Positions 46,791 to 57,434 of a stretch of DNA of 64,000 bases are shown here, piece by piece. The position numbers and the translations under genes were made by a program. The stretch covers positions 184 through 64,183 of the forward strand of contig JAITRG010000066.1 in assembly GCA_031288515.1 (NCBI GenBank), written 5' to 3'. Origin of the DNA: Tannerellaceae bacterium (GTDB lineage Bacteria > Bacteroidota > Bacteroidia > Bacteroidales > Tannerellaceae). The first letter of the stretch is position 1; each line of letters opens with the position of its first letter. The notes under the pieces are model-generated. The model worked only from the letters and a program-made list of their open reading frames with translations. It was not told the DNA's origin and ran no database searches.

Positions 46791-49154
46791 TCAGATAAAC
46801 AGCCGGCCGACCTGGTAGACGGCAAAGGTTATGATCCAAGCCAAGCCGGTCGTGTAAACTGCTGCAAACAAGGCCCATTTCCAGCTTCCGGATTCGTGTT
46901 TGATGGCGGCAAGAACAGCGATACACGGAAAGTAGATCAAAGAGAACAGCATATAGCAGAATGCCACAAACGGGGTGACGGGGATGCGCTCGGCGAGGCT
47001 TGTGGCTTCGGAATCATTGGCATAAAGTACTCCCAAGGTACTGACGACCAATTCTTTGGCGCCGATGCCCGTCAGCAGGCCGATGCCCAATTCCCAATCG
47101 AATCCAAGCGGTTCGATGACGGGTTCGATGGCTTTACCCAGCTGACCGATATAAGAGTTTTCCTGCTGCTCGGCAACCGTCTGCTCGGCATCGTTTCGAG
47201 GATAATAGCCCAGGAACCAGATAATAATGGATGCGATCATGATGATCCCGCCCATTTTCTTCAGATATTGCGCCCCTTTCTCCCAGGTGTGGCGGAAAAT
47301 GGATTTTGCAGTCGGCATACGGTATGGCGGCAGTTCCATGACAAAAGGAGTGTCGTCGCCCTTGAAGAATTTGGTAAACAGGCGCGCCATGAGCACGGCC
47401 AGCAGGATGCCAACGGTATAGATGAGCAATAACACCAAACTTTTTCTACCGGGGAAAAATATGCCGGCAAAGAGCAGATAAATAGGCAAACGCGCGCTAC
47501 ACGACATTAACGGGTTGATCAACATAGTGATCAAGCGGCTTTTCCGGTTTTCTATCGTACGCGAAGCCATGATGGCCGGAACATTGCAGCCGAAGCCCAT
47601 GATGAGCGGGATGAACGATTTTCCGTGCAGTCCCATCTTGTGCATGATCTTATCCATGATGAAAGCCGCGCGGGCCATGTAACCGGAGTCTTCCATCAGT
47701 GAAATGAAAAGATAAAGGATCAAAATATTAGGCAGAAAAACAATTACGCCGCCGGCCCCGCCGATGACGCCGTCAATGAGCAAATCTTTCAGTGGGCCGG
47801 CGCTTATGTGTTCGCGTATGAGGTCGCCAATCGCTCCAACAAGCCATTCGATGCCATTCATCGGGTATTCGCCCAGGACGAAGGTGCTTTCAAACATCAG
47901 ATACATGAACAGGAAGAAGATCGGGAATCCCCAAAAGCGATGGGTTACAATGGAGTCCAAAACCTTGGTTGTTTGTTTCTCCTGGTGATTATCGGTATAA
48001 GTTTCCCGTAAAGCTCCGGAGATGAAGCCATATTTGGCGTCGGTTATTGCCGATTCGGTATCTTCTTTGGTTAATTCGTGGATACGGTGCGCCTGCTTAT
48101 CTCTTTTCCCGATAATATCCCGTCCGTTAGGCATTTGGCATATCAATCCTTCCACATCCCTGTCGTTCTCCAGCAGTTTGATCGCCAGGAAGCGAGTGGA
48201 GTATTTATGGCGTATTTCTTCATTTTCAGAGATGGCTTCCTTTAATAAATCGATGGATCTCTCCAGGTCGGGGCCGTGATTGATATGGATGTGCCGGTAT
48301 ATCTTATTATTGTCGTCTTTGCTGAGAATATCCGTCCCTTCATATAAATTGATGACGATACGGAAAAGATGTTCGATGCCCAGATTTTTCTTTGCTACGG
48401 TTGGCGCCATCGGCACGCCGAAGAGGCTGCCCAACAGGTGATAATTCAGCTGATTGCCGCTATCTTCCAGCTCATCAAACATATTCAGAGCGACGACCAT
48501 GCGGACGTTCATGTCGATCAGTTGCGTGGTCAGATAGAGGTTGCGTTCCAGATTGGACGAATCTACCACGTTGATGACAACATCGGGCGTATCTTCGATA
48601 ATATGTTTGCGCACATACATCTCCTCCGGAGTATAGGCCGATAGGGAGTAGGTTCCGGGGAGGTCGACGACCTTAAAGCGGTATCCCTCGAATTTGAAGG
48701 TGCCTTCTTTTGCATCGACGGTCACTCCGCTATAATTTCCCACATGTTCGTGCAGGCCGGAGACTAAATTGAAAAGTGATGTTTTCCCGCTGTTCGGATT
48801 GCCGACTAAGGCGACGTTGATCGTTTTCCGTTCGCCGAGGGCGATGTTTTTGAGGACTTCTTCGGGATGTTTTATTTCTTCGTTCAATCCGGCGTGATAA
48901 TCCGGCTCGGCGTGGCGTTCCAGCGCCTCCTGTTCGCTGATTATCTCAATCATTTCGGCTTCCCGGCGGCGCAATGAAATTTCGTAGCCCATCAGGCGGT
49001 ATTTTATGGGATCTTTCAATGGGGCATTCAACAATACTTCTACTATCTTCCCTTTGATGAATCCCATCTCGACGATTCGTTTACGGAACCCGCCATGCCC
49101 TAAAACCTTCACGACAATTCCTCTTTCACCTGTTTTTAATTCGGATAACCGCAT
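46791..49154 (-). CDS. feoB: Ferrous iron transporter B with fused FeoA domain
   Basis: N-terminal FeoA (RIVEMGFIKG, NAPLKDP), G1 GNPNSGKT, HVGNYSGVTV, DLPGTYSL, GFGCNVPA. Confidence 0.96.
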   Translation of the reverse strand: MRLSELKTGERGIVVKVLGHGGFRKRIVEMGFIKGKIVEVLLNAPLKDPIKYRLMGYEISLRRREAEMIEIISEQEALERHAEPDYHAGLNEEIKHPEEVLKNIALGERKTINVALVGNPNSGKTSLFNLVSGLHEHVGNYSGVTVDAKEGTFKFEGYRFKVVDLPGTYSLSAYTPEEMYVRKHIIEDTPDVVINVVDSSNLERNLYLTTQLIDMNVRMVVALNMFDELEDSGNQLNYHLLGSLFGVPMAPTVAKKNLGIEHLFRIVINLYEGTDILSKDDNNKIYRHIHINHGPDLERSIDLLKEAISENEEIRHKYSTRFLAIKLLENDRDVEGLICQMPNGRDIIGKRDKQAHRIHELTKEDTESAITDAKYGFISGALRETYTDNHQEKQTTKVLDSIVTHRFWGFPIFFLFMYLMFESTFVLGEYPMNGIEWLVGAIGDLIREHISAGPLKDLLIDGVIGGAGGVIVFLPNILILYLFISLMEDSGYMARAAFIMDKIMHKMGLHGKSFIPLIMGFGCNVPAIMASRTIENRKSRLITMLINPLMSCSARLPIYLLFAGIFFPGRKSLVLLLIYTVGILLAVLMARLFTKFFKGDDTPFVMELPPYRMPTAKSIFRHTWEKGAQYLKKMGGIIMIASIIIWFLGYYPRNDAEQTVAEQQENSYIGQLGKAIEPVIEPLGFDWELGIGLLTGIGAKELVVSTLGVLYANDSEATSLAERIPVTPFVAFCYMLFSLIYFPCIAVLAAIKHESGSWKWALFAAVYTTGLAWIITFAVYQVGRLFI

Positions 49155-49499
49155 AACTATTTTCCTTGAAAAATTTAAGCAAAGATAAGCCATTTATTCA
49201 CAGGCTACAATCTATTTAGATTGTTTTCAAATAAGCTTCAATGTCAGGCCACCCGATTGTCGGTGCAAAGTTCATAGACAGGGCGCGCGCTTCCTTTTGT
49301 CGGAATGCAGGGAGGCGAGCAATATATTTATTTATCTTCCAATTGACGCAACAAAAGAATTTATTATGCGCACTTTAAAAAATGGACAATTAGCCTGTTG
49401 GTGAACTAATTGCCCATTTGCAATTGTAATTTATCTATTGACAACCGCTCATATCAATTGGCGATGTACCCTTTGCCAATTGTTCATGATAAAATAAGT

Positions 49500-50375
49500 T
49501 CAGGCATCTGGATCTTCCCATTCTGGAGGTGGGATAAATTCGTCGTCGTTGTCTTCTTCTTCGTTTCCGCCGACTTCCTCTTCGTCGTCGCCGGCGTCTT
49601 CTTCGTTGCCGTTTCCATTGTTATTGTCGCCGCTGCCGCTATTGGGATCGTCGCTGCCATTGCCGGAGGTAAGATGGCGGAAGCTGTCGAGCGTTCCGTT
49701 GATCTCGACGATGGCGTGTTCAAAGGCGGTGAGCAGCGCTCCGGTTGCCTCGGTATAGTGCACGGGGATGGCGGAATAGAGCAGGAATTGGAGTTGTTTC
49801 TCAAGTTTTTTGCGGGTGTCGGTGGCATTGCCGAGTTCTTTCCGGAATGCTTTTTCTTCGCCGCGTATATACAATATTTGTCCGACTGCGTGTGCCAGGG
49901 CTGCAATTTCGTCTACGAAGTCTTTCAGTCCAAAAGATGTGAGCGCCGGCAGGTTTGCAGCTGTGCGCAAGGCGTCGGCCATCTCGGCTGCGTTGGCGGC
50001 TAGGGCGGCCTGTGTGTCATGCGCTGCATTTTTTAGATAGGGATGCGCCAGATTTTCCAACAGCTTGGCTTTCTTAATATCTTCCCCTGTTGCGCTGGCC
50101 AATACGTCTTTTAGCATACCTTTGAAGAGAATCATTTTCCGGCGGATACCTGCAATGGTCACTACCAGCTCTTCCGTTTGCAGCATCGCCGGATTCCGGC
50201 GGAAGATGTCTACCAATTTATCGTATGACTCTTCTGTTTCGTTATAGGCTCTTCCAAGCCCGAGGGTCTTCGCCAAAGCGCGCGGCAGGGTAAATTCAAA
50301 AATGATACGCAACAATTCGAGAAATTCCGAAAGGGTCAAATCATAAAACTTAAATAATCGAATATATTTCTTCAT
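49500..50375 (-). CDS. DUF6261-like helical protein with acidic tail
   Basis: Helical body ending IVEINGTLD followed by a G/N/D/E-rich low-complexity tail. Confidence 0.6.
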   Translation of the reverse strand: MKKYIRLFKFYDLTLSEFLELLRIIFEFTLPRALAKTLGLGRAYNETEESYDKLVDIFRRNPAMLQTEELVVTIAGIRRKMILFKGMLKDVLASATGEDIKKAKLLENLAHPYLKNAAHDTQAALAANAAEMADALRTAANLPALTSFGLKDFVDEIAALAHAVGQILYIRGEEKAFRKELGNATDTRKKLEKQLQFLLYSAIPVHYTEATGALLTAFEHAIVEINGTLDSFRHLTSGNGSDDPNSGSGDNNNGNGNEEDAGDDEEEVGGNEEEDNDDEFIPPPEWEDPDA

Positions 50376-50791
50376 GATGTTTTGTTGATTAAATATGCTG
50401 CTAAATTAAGCATTAATTCAATAGCTTCCTAATTTTTTTGAAGAAAAAGAGAATTATTTTTTTCTTTTTTGATCTTTTTGCCGGTTTGACGCTTTTCGTT
50501 GAAATCAGGACGTCATCAATGGCCTAACGGAGGTCTTTTTATTTTACAAAACACCTTTAAATGATTTTGTGAGGCTTCGACAAAATCTAAGCGCCAAAAA
50601 TTCTGTGGATGATGCTTCGACAAAATCTAAGCTTCATTTTTTTAGAAAACGTAGCTTTTTAAATTCATAAAGCTTTATTTTTTTCAGAAAAATGGCGTTT
50701 TGTAACTATATAGTCCTTTTTCAGAAAAATCCGGGCTTATTTTTTTGCAGAAAGCGCTATCTTTACGGAAATAACTTAAACCATTTTTTTT

Positions 50792-51940
50792 ATGGCAAGA
50801 AAAATATTTTATTTCATAGCTGTTGGATTGACGGCTCTTTTTTGTACGAATAAGAAGGCGTCGCAACCTGCGACGGGGCCTGCGGGAGACGAAATGGCCC
50901 TGCTTGTTGGTACTTATACAACCGGCGACAGCAAAGGGATCTATACATTTCGTTTTGATCAGGAAACCGGAGCGTTTGAGGCTTTGTCGGATGTTGAAGT
51001 CAGTAATCCGTCCTATTTGACGCTTTCGGATGATAACCGGTTCGTTTATGCGGTGAGCGAGCACGGCGATGGTAATGAGGCGGTTACGGCTTTTGTTTTC
51101 AACCAAAATAACGGGGCATTGCAGCGATTGAACAGTGTTCCGGCCATGGGTGCGGATCCGTGCTTTATTCTGGCGGCAAACGGGCACGTGGTTACTGCCA
51201 ATTACAGCGGCGGAAGTATTTCGGTGTTTCCGGTGGCTAAAGACGGCTCTTTGCTACCTGCTTCGGATGTGATCCGGTTCGCGGGCGCGGACGCTGACAA
51301 AGAACGGCAAGCGAAGCCGCATTTGCATTGTGTCCGGCTGTCACCCGATGGCAGGTTTCTTTTTGGCTGCGATCTGGGTACAGACCGGGTCTACGCTTTC
51401 GAGATCAATACGCAGATGAATGTAGAAAAAGGGGATAAATTTCTGAAAGCGGCGTCTCCGCCGGATTTCCGTCTTGCTTCCGGTTCGGGGCCTCGCCACA
51501 TCACATTTTCTCCCGATGGCGGTCGGGCTTATCTGATCAATGAGATTTCCGGAGCGGTTGTTTGTTTTAATTTAAATAATGGAGCATTGCGGGAGTTTCA
51601 AACAATACAGTCGGATACGATTGGCGCCAAAGGCAGCGCGGATATTCACATCAGCCCGGACGGGCGGTTTTTGTATGCCAGCAACCGTCTTGCGGCCGAT
51701 GGAATCGCCATTTTTTGCATCGACCAAACGAACGGCCGGTTAACTAAGGAGGGTTATCAATTGACGGGGAGGCATCCGCGTAATTTTATAATCACACCCA
51801 ACGGAAAGTTTTTGCTGGTGGCCGCGCGGGACGACAACGCAGTTGAGATATACGAACGGGATAAAGAGAGCGGACGGCTTGCTTTTACGGGGAAACGGAT
51901 TGTTATTGACCGGCCTGTTTGTTTAAAGTTTGCGATGTAG
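50792..51940 (+). CDS. 6-phosphogluconolactonase-like beta-propeller (Pgl/lactonase family)
   Basis: LLVGTYT, NPSYL, TANYSGGS, PHLHC, SGPRH, ADIHISPDGRFLYASNR, HPRNF. Confidence 0.9.
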   Translation: MARKIFYFIAVGLTALFCTNKKASQPATGPAGDEMALLVGTYTTGDSKGIYTFRFDQETGAFEALSDVEVSNPSYLTLSDDNRFVYAVSEHGDGNEAVTAFVFNQNNGALQRLNSVPAMGADPCFILAANGHVVTANYSGGSISVFPVAKDGSLLPASDVIRFAGADADKERQAKPHLHCVRLSPDGRFLFGCDLGTDRVYAFEINTQMNVEKGDKFLKAASPPDFRLASGSGPRHITFSPDGGRAYLINEISGAVVCFNLNNGALREFQTIQSDTIGAKGSADIHISPDGRFLYASNRLAADGIAIFCIDQTNGRLTKEGYQLTGRHPRNFIITPNGKFLLVAARDDNAVEIYERDKESGRLAFTGKRIVIDRPVCLKFAM

Positions 51941-51960
51941 GTCGCGCGGAAAAAAAAGAG

Positions 51961-51996
51961 ATCCCGGCAAGGCCGCTTGTGGCGTCTTACCGGGAT
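51961..51996. terminator. Bidirectional terminator between the lactonase and GH57 genes
   Basis: ATCCCGG..AAG...CTT.CCGGGAT stem with an upstream A run and downstream TTTTG. Confidence 0.55.
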
Positions 51997-52018
51997 TTTG
52001 CTTGTAAACCGATAATAT

Positions 52019-53332
52019 TCAGGCTTTCTTTTTGGTTTTGGCTCCGGCTGATCCGCCTTTGAGTTTATCCAGCTCTTTGTGTAGCTTTTCCAATTCTTTA
52101 TCCTGATTTTTGATGGTGGTCAGGAGGGAATTCAGCTCTTCATTGTCCATATCTTCGGGATAGAGCGCATTGACACGCTTGATGAAATCCCCCAGAATGT
52201 TCATATAATTGGTAAATGCATCGTAAGGAGAATCGTAAATTCCGCGGTAAACGGAGATCGCGGTGTTCTTCGTGGTCATAAAACGGAAGTTGTTGCTGGC
52301 CTGCAGGTAATCCCAATCCTGTTTGATGCGGCGGTCGTTGCTAAGGTGTACTCTTTCGGCCACACTGTACAATTTATTGAACGCTTCGCGCTGCATGACG
52401 TTGCCCAGCCATGAGGTGACGTCTCTTTCTTCATCCACCCACGAAATGGGGTAGGAGACTTCTATGGAGGATACCGGCCTCAATCTGGTGATGATATCGG
52501 TGGGGGTGGAGAATGTTATTCCTTTTTCTTTGGCGCAGGCCGGTAGCGCCTTCAAAAATTCAAGGATGTTCGAGGACAGGTGCTGCGCCATGCCGATTGC
52601 CGACAATTCCATGAAAATATTTATCACTTGCTCGTCTGACGGCAAAGCGTCGATCCAGCCGATGTATTTGTCGGCGAACAGGGGGTAATCGCTCCATTCC
52701 GAATTGGAGAAGCGCAAACTGATGTCATCCGAGAGCTTAAAATCTCTCAGCAGGAGTTTCAGGTTCGGGTTGATGGCGCAGTGGTAGAGGTAATGCGGGC
52801 TTTTCCATCCGAGGATGTGCTTGGCGCCTTCGGTGATCATTCCCTTAAATCCGAGGCTTGCCACCAGCGCTCCGATCTCGTCGGAGTAAATAAGGCTTGA
52901 GTTGCGGAATATTTTGGGTGTTTTGCCGAATAATTCTTTTATTTTCTTGCTTTGCCTGAGCACTTCTTCGCGGAAGCAGTCTTCGTTTCCGAGCGAAGAC
53001 AGGCCGTGGGAGTAGGGTTCGGCAAGAAATTCGCAACATCCCGTATTGTTGAGTTGGTGCAGCAATTCGATCACGTCGGGGGCGTATATCTCCAATTGTT
53101 CCAGCGCTACGCCGGAGATGGACAGCGCCACCTTGAACGGGTTTTTGGTGTTCTTCGCCATCTCGATCAGCGCGGTAAGGGCGGGGATGTAGGATCGTTC
53201 GGCTACTTCGCTTATGGTTGCCTCGTTGGCGTAGTCGTCATAATAGTAATGATCGGTGCCGATCTCAAAGAAACGGTAACGTTTCAAATGTATGATTTGA
53301 TGGATCTCAAAATAAAGACAGATGGTTCTCAT
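52019..53332 (-). CDS. GH57 alpha-amylase-family glycoside hydrolase
   Basis: LYFEIHQ, EFLAEPYSH, FRNSSLIYS, SWVDEERD, YLQASNNF. Confidence 0.92.
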   Translation of the reverse strand: MRTICLYFEIHQIIHLKRYRFFEIGTDHYYYDDYANEATISEVAERSYIPALTALIEMAKNTKNPFKVALSISGVALEQLEIYAPDVIELLHQLNNTGCCEFLAEPYSHGLSSLGNEDCFREEVLRQSKKIKELFGKTPKIFRNSSLIYSDEIGALVASLGFKGMITEGAKHILGWKSPHYLYHCAINPNLKLLLRDFKLSDDISLRFSNSEWSDYPLFADKYIGWIDALPSDEQVINIFMELSAIGMAQHLSSNILEFLKALPACAKEKGITFSTPTDIITRLRPVSSIEVSYPISWVDEERDVTSWLGNVMQREAFNKLYSVAERVHLSNDRRIKQDWDYLQASNNFRFMTTKNTAISVYRGIYDSPYDAFTNYMNILGDFIKRVNALYPEDMDNEELNSLLTTIKNQDKELEKLHKELDKLKGGSAGAKTKKKA

Positions 53333-53349
53333 ATCTATTTTTTTTATTG

Positions 53350-54618
53350 TTATCGATAGTGTTTTAAAATTTCGTTGTAGATACCGCGCACTTTATGACC
53401 GACGTTCTCCCATTTGATCCGGTCGACTTCTTTTTTGCCTTCATCGCGCAGATATTCGTATAAAGCGGGGTATGTACAGATCGAATACACGGCGTCCGCC
53501 ATGGCGTGAATATCCCAATAGTCTGTTTTGATGCAATTTTCGAGGATCTCTGCGCAACCCGATTGTTTAGAAATAATTGTGGGGACGCTCACTTGCATGG
53601 CTTCCAGAGGGGATATTCCGAACGGTTCGGATACGGACGGCATAATGTATACATCGCTGGCTTTGAGGACTTCATATACTTGTTTTCCTTTCATGAATCC
53701 GGGAAAATGGAAGCGGTCGGCAATGCCGCGTTCGGCCACTAAGCGGATCATCTGGTTCATCATGTCGCCGTTGCCTGCCATGACAAAACGGACGTTGCGG
53801 GTTTTCTTCAAGACCAATGCGGCGGCTTCAACGAAGTATTCCGGCCCTTTTTGCATGGTTATGCGCCCGAGGAAGGTGACGATCTTTTCTTTTGTGTTCT
53901 TTTTGGGAACGATGTCCATAATTTCCTGCGACAATGGCGATACGGCATTGTGCACGGTGGAAACTTTCCGGGGGTCCTGGTGGTACTTGTGGATGACGGT
54001 TTGCCGCGTCAATTCGCTTACGCACATGATATGATCGGCATGATCCATTCCGTTTTTTTCGATGGCATAAACGGTTGGGTTGACGTTGCCGCGGCTGCGG
54101 TCGAAATCTGTTGCGTGGACATGAATGACCAGCGGTTTGCCCGAAACGTGCTTGGCATGGATGCCTGCGGGATAGGTCAGCCAGTCGTGCGAATGGATGA
54201 TGTCGAACGCCTGCTGGCGGGCGACTACGCCTGCAACGATGGAGTAATTGTTGATCTCTTCGTGCAGATTGTCCGGATAACGCCCCGAAAATTCTATACA
54301 TCCCAGGTCGTTGGTGTGCAGGTAGCTAAAGTCGGCGTAAATGCGATCCCTCAGGTCGTAATACAGCTGCGGGTCCATAGAGGCGCCTATCCTGCCGTTG
54401 ACATACTCCCAGCTGACGTTGCGCCATACGACCGGGGTGTTGTTCATTCCGATTATTTTTAAGAAGTCCTGTTCTTCGTCTCCCCAGAGCTTGGGGATGC
54501 AGAATGTGGTTTCCAGGTCGTCTTGTAGCGACATTCCTTTTGTGAGTCCGTAACTTGCTGTGCCTAAGCCACCCAGAATATGCGGAGGGAATTCCCATCC
54601 AAACATTAAGACTTTCAT
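53350..54618 (-). CDS. GT4 glycosyltransferase
   Basis: FGWEFPPHILGGLG, HSHDWLT, FLGRITMQKGPEYF, PSVSEPFGISPLEA. Confidence 0.92.
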   Translation of the reverse strand: MKVLMFGWEFPPHILGGLGTASYGLTKGMSLQDDLETTFCIPKLWGDEEQDFLKIIGMNNTPVVWRNVSWEYVNGRIGASMDPQLYYDLRDRIYADFSYLHTNDLGCIEFSGRYPDNLHEEINNYSIVAGVVARQQAFDIIHSHDWLTYPAGIHAKHVSGKPLVIHVHATDFDRSRGNVNPTVYAIEKNGMDHADHIMCVSELTRQTVIHKYHQDPRKVSTVHNAVSPLSQEIMDIVPKKNTKEKIVTFLGRITMQKGPEYFVEAAALVLKKTRNVRFVMAGNGDMMNQMIRLVAERGIADRFHFPGFMKGKQVYEVLKASDVYIMPSVSEPFGISPLEAMQVSVPTIISKQSGCAEILENCIKTDYWDIHAMADAVYSICTYPALYEYLRDEGKKEVDRIKWENVGHKVRGIYNEILKHYR

Positions 54619-56570
54619 TTCCGTTCCTCCCCGTTCAAATTAAATTTAGACAACAGCTTCAGAATACGCAGGATCTCGGCCACGTTCATGGCGAAGGAGA
54701 TCGCTCCACGGCCCTTGAAAGGCGGATTTCCATCGAACAGCTCGGATATGGCCCCGATGCAGTGGGCGGTGATCTCTTCTTCAAAGCCGATGAGCTGGCG
54801 TTCCACAAAAGAGATCCCGCTCATTTTGTAAATGCGCAGATAGGCTTCCAGATAGAATCCCATCAGCCAGGGCCAGGCCGTTCCTTGGTGATACGCCTGA
54901 TCCCGGTGGCTCTGCGGCCCAACATAGTTCGGATTGTATCCGCCGCTCTTGGGGCTTAGCGATCGTATGCCTTTAGGGGTGAGCAATTCTTTGGTTACGA
55001 TGTCCAACACTTGTTTTTTCTGCGCGCGTTCGAGGGGTGAGTAATCGAACGCTACGGTGAAGATCATGTTCGGCCGAACGCTCCAATCCATCATATTTCC
55101 GTTCACATAGTCCAGCAAATATCCGTATTCGTTGCGAAATACCTTGACGAAGGATGCTCCTGCGGTTTCAGCCTGGGCATCCAAGACATCGGCCAGCAAT
55201 TCGTTCTGTTGGCGGAACAGATCGGCCACAAAACGTAAGGCGTTGTACCAAAGCGCGTTGATCTCCACGATGTATCCGGTACGGGCGATAACCGGCTTCC
55301 CGTTCGCGATAGAATTCATCCAGGTGACCGGTTTATCCTCGCCATGGGTGTACAGCAAACCGTTTTCGTGCAAAAACAGGTTGTTGTGCTTGCGTTTGCG
55401 GAGAAAGTCCATAATGTCTTCAAGAAGTTGCCCGTACTTGGTCCGGCAGTTTTCGTAGCCGGTTTCTTTGGCGTATTGCTGTAAGGTCCAGACGGCCCAT
55501 AAAAGAATGTCCGGATCGTCCATCTCATAGACTTTGTAAACGGGCGGTTTATCATTAATATAGTCGTAAATGGCTTTTTGAGCGGTTTCCATTACGCTTT
55601 CAAACTCATGGCGCTCGTCTATTGCCAAGGTAAGCCCGGGTAAGGAAACAAAGAGATCCCGCGCGCGGCATTTGAACCAGGGATAACCGGCCAGAATGTA
55701 ATGCTGGTCGTTTTGCTTGTTGTGGAATTGGTGGGCGGAGTTTTTCAGGCAGTGGTAAAAGCTGTCGCGGGGAGTGCGGTCGGCCACCTCCTGGTCGAAC
55801 ATACGCTTCAGCTGACGCGGCAAGATCCCGGAAATTCCGGCGGAGAAGACAATACTTTCGCCTTTTTTGATGTCTACTTCAAAGTAGCCCGGCACATAGA
55901 GGTCTTCACAGAAATCATAGCCGCGTTCCTGTTCTTTTGAATACTCAATTCCCCTGTACCAGTCGGGCATGAAATGGAATGTGTTCTTTTTGTTGAGCTG
56001 CATGTATAATTCGGGATAGCCGGAGTACATGCAGGTCTTTATTCCATTTTCTACTTCCTGATAGTCCCGGCTTGCCGTAGGGTTTTCGTTGGTATACTGT
56101 CTTACGCTCCGGAAGGCCAAAAACGGGCGGAACCGCAAGGTTGTAGCCGAATTTGCTTCTATTAATGTATAGCGGATCAGTATCCTGTTCTCATGGTGTA
56201 CAAAGATCTTCTCCTTTGTCAGGATCACGCCTCCTACGCGGTATGTGGTCGCCGGAATTTTCTCGCAGTCAAATTCGCGGATATACTTATGCCCTTTCGG
56301 ACTAAAGTTGTTCCCTTGATATTTATGCAAGCCCAGGTTAAATTCCGCACCGTGTTGAATCACAGTTTCGTCCAACGAAGAGAGTAACACATGGTTTTCG
56401 TCATCCAGACCGGGCACCGGAATTACCAGCAGCCCGTGATATTTTCGTGTATTACAATCTACGATTGTCGTGCAATGATAAGCTCCTGATTTATTTGTCC
56501 GGAGTATTTCCCGGGTCAGCGACTCCTCCAAATTGATCATGAGATTCTTATCGAATCGTAAATAACTCAT
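54615..56570 (-). CDS. Glycogen debranching enzyme (amylo-alpha-1,6-glucosidase)
   Basis: NTRKYHGLL, ILAGYPWF..RARD, VTWMN, VEINALWYNAL, AYHQGTAWPWL. Confidence 0.92.
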   Translation of the reverse strand: MSYLRFDKNLMINLEESLTREILRTNKSGAYHCTTIVDCNTRKYHGLLVIPVPGLDDENHVLLSSLDETVIQHGAEFNLGLHKYQGNNFSPKGHKYIREFDCEKIPATTYRVGGVILTKEKIFVHHENRILIRYTLIEANSATTLRFRPFLAFRSVRQYTNENPTASRDYQEVENGIKTCMYSGYPELYMQLNKKNTFHFMPDWYRGIEYSKEQERGYDFCEDLYVPGYFEVDIKKGESIVFSAGISGILPRQLKRMFDQEVADRTPRDSFYHCLKNSAHQFHNKQNDQHYILAGYPWFKCRARDLFVSLPGLTLAIDERHEFESVMETAQKAIYDYINDKPPVYKVYEMDDPDILLWAVWTLQQYAKETGYENCRTKYGQLLEDIMDFLRKRKHNNLFLHENGLLYTHGEDKPVTWMNSIANGKPVIARTGYIVEINALWYNALRFVADLFRQQNELLADVLDAQAETAGASFVKVFRNEYGYLLDYVNGNMMDWSVRPNMIFTVAFDYSPLERAQKKQVLDIVTKELLTPKGIRSLSPKSGGYNPNYVGPQSHRDQAYHQGTAWPWLMGFYLEAYLRIYKMSGISFVERQLIGFEEEITAHCIGAISELFDGNPPFKGRGAISFAMNVAEILRILKLLSKFNLNGEERK

Positions 56571-56744
56571 AGTTTATACTTTCATTAAAGGTTAATTAAT
56601 TCTACTCCCGATATATAGTAGGGATTTCCAAAAATACGAATTATGGGATGAAAACGAAATAAAAAGATTCTTTATTTTCTTTATATTCCGTTTCTTTGCA
56701 GCATTGCGTGATAAAGAGGGCGGAATGTACTAATAAAGGGACTT

Positions 56745-57431
56745 ATGAAAGATGATATACGAAGAATGATAGCGGCAATGGCCATTCCTTTTTTCCTGAT
56801 CTTTATTCTCTATCTGGTAAAGATACTGGAGGCCGGAATGGAATGGGATTTCACCCATTTGGGTGTGTTTCCGTTGCAGCGGAAGGGGCTGTTCGGGATA
56901 TTTGCCCATCCGTTGGTACACAGTAGTTTTCACCATCTGATGGCCAATACCATCCCTTTGTTTTTCCTGATGTGGTGCTTATTCTACTTCTATCGGAATA
57001 TTGCTCCTTTTATTTTCCTTATTCTTTGGATCGGATGCGGCATGTTCACTTTCGCCATAGGAAAAGCGGGCTGGCACGTGGGATCCAGCGGAGTTATTTA
57101 TGGTTTGGCTTTCTTTCTGTTCTTTAGCGGGTTCATCAGAAAACACATTCCTTTAATTGCTATTTCATTGTTGATCACATTTGTTTACGGCGGATTGGTG
57201 TGGAATATGTTTCCGTTTTTCGCCAAAGAAACAACATCATGGGAAGGACATCTCAGCGGTGCGATAACAGGTGCTTTGTCCGCCTTTATCTTCCGGAAAT
57301 ACGGTCCGCAAAGGCCGGTCGTTTATGATAAAGAGGAAGAAGACCCCGAAAAGGAGGACGGGGCTGAAAAGGAGGACAAAATTGATAAGGAGGACGGGGC
57401 TGAAAATGAAGACGGCAGATCCGGCCGTTAG
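56745..57431 (+). CDS. Rhomboid-family intramembrane serine protease
   Basis: HLMAN, HVGSSG (catalytic Ser), SWEGHLSG (catalytic His). Confidence 0.9.
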   Translation: MKDDIRRMIAAMAIPFFLIFILYLVKILEAGMEWDFTHLGVFPLQRKGLFGIFAHPLVHSSFHHLMANTIPLFFLMWCLFYFYRNIAPFIFLILWIGCGMFTFAIGKAGWHVGSSGVIYGLAFFLFFSGFIRKHIPLIAISLLITFVYGGLVWNMFPFFAKETTSWEGHLSGAITGALSAFIFRKYGPQRPVVYDKEEEDPEKEDGAEKEDKIDKEDGAENEDGRSGR

Positions 57432-57434
57432 CTC

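Noticed and set aside
46545-47432. Long antisense ORFs over feoB, and similar shadows over uxaC, GT4, galP and manA
   Set aside because: They are opposite-strand or alternate-frame shadows of well-supported GC-richer genes and have no motifs.
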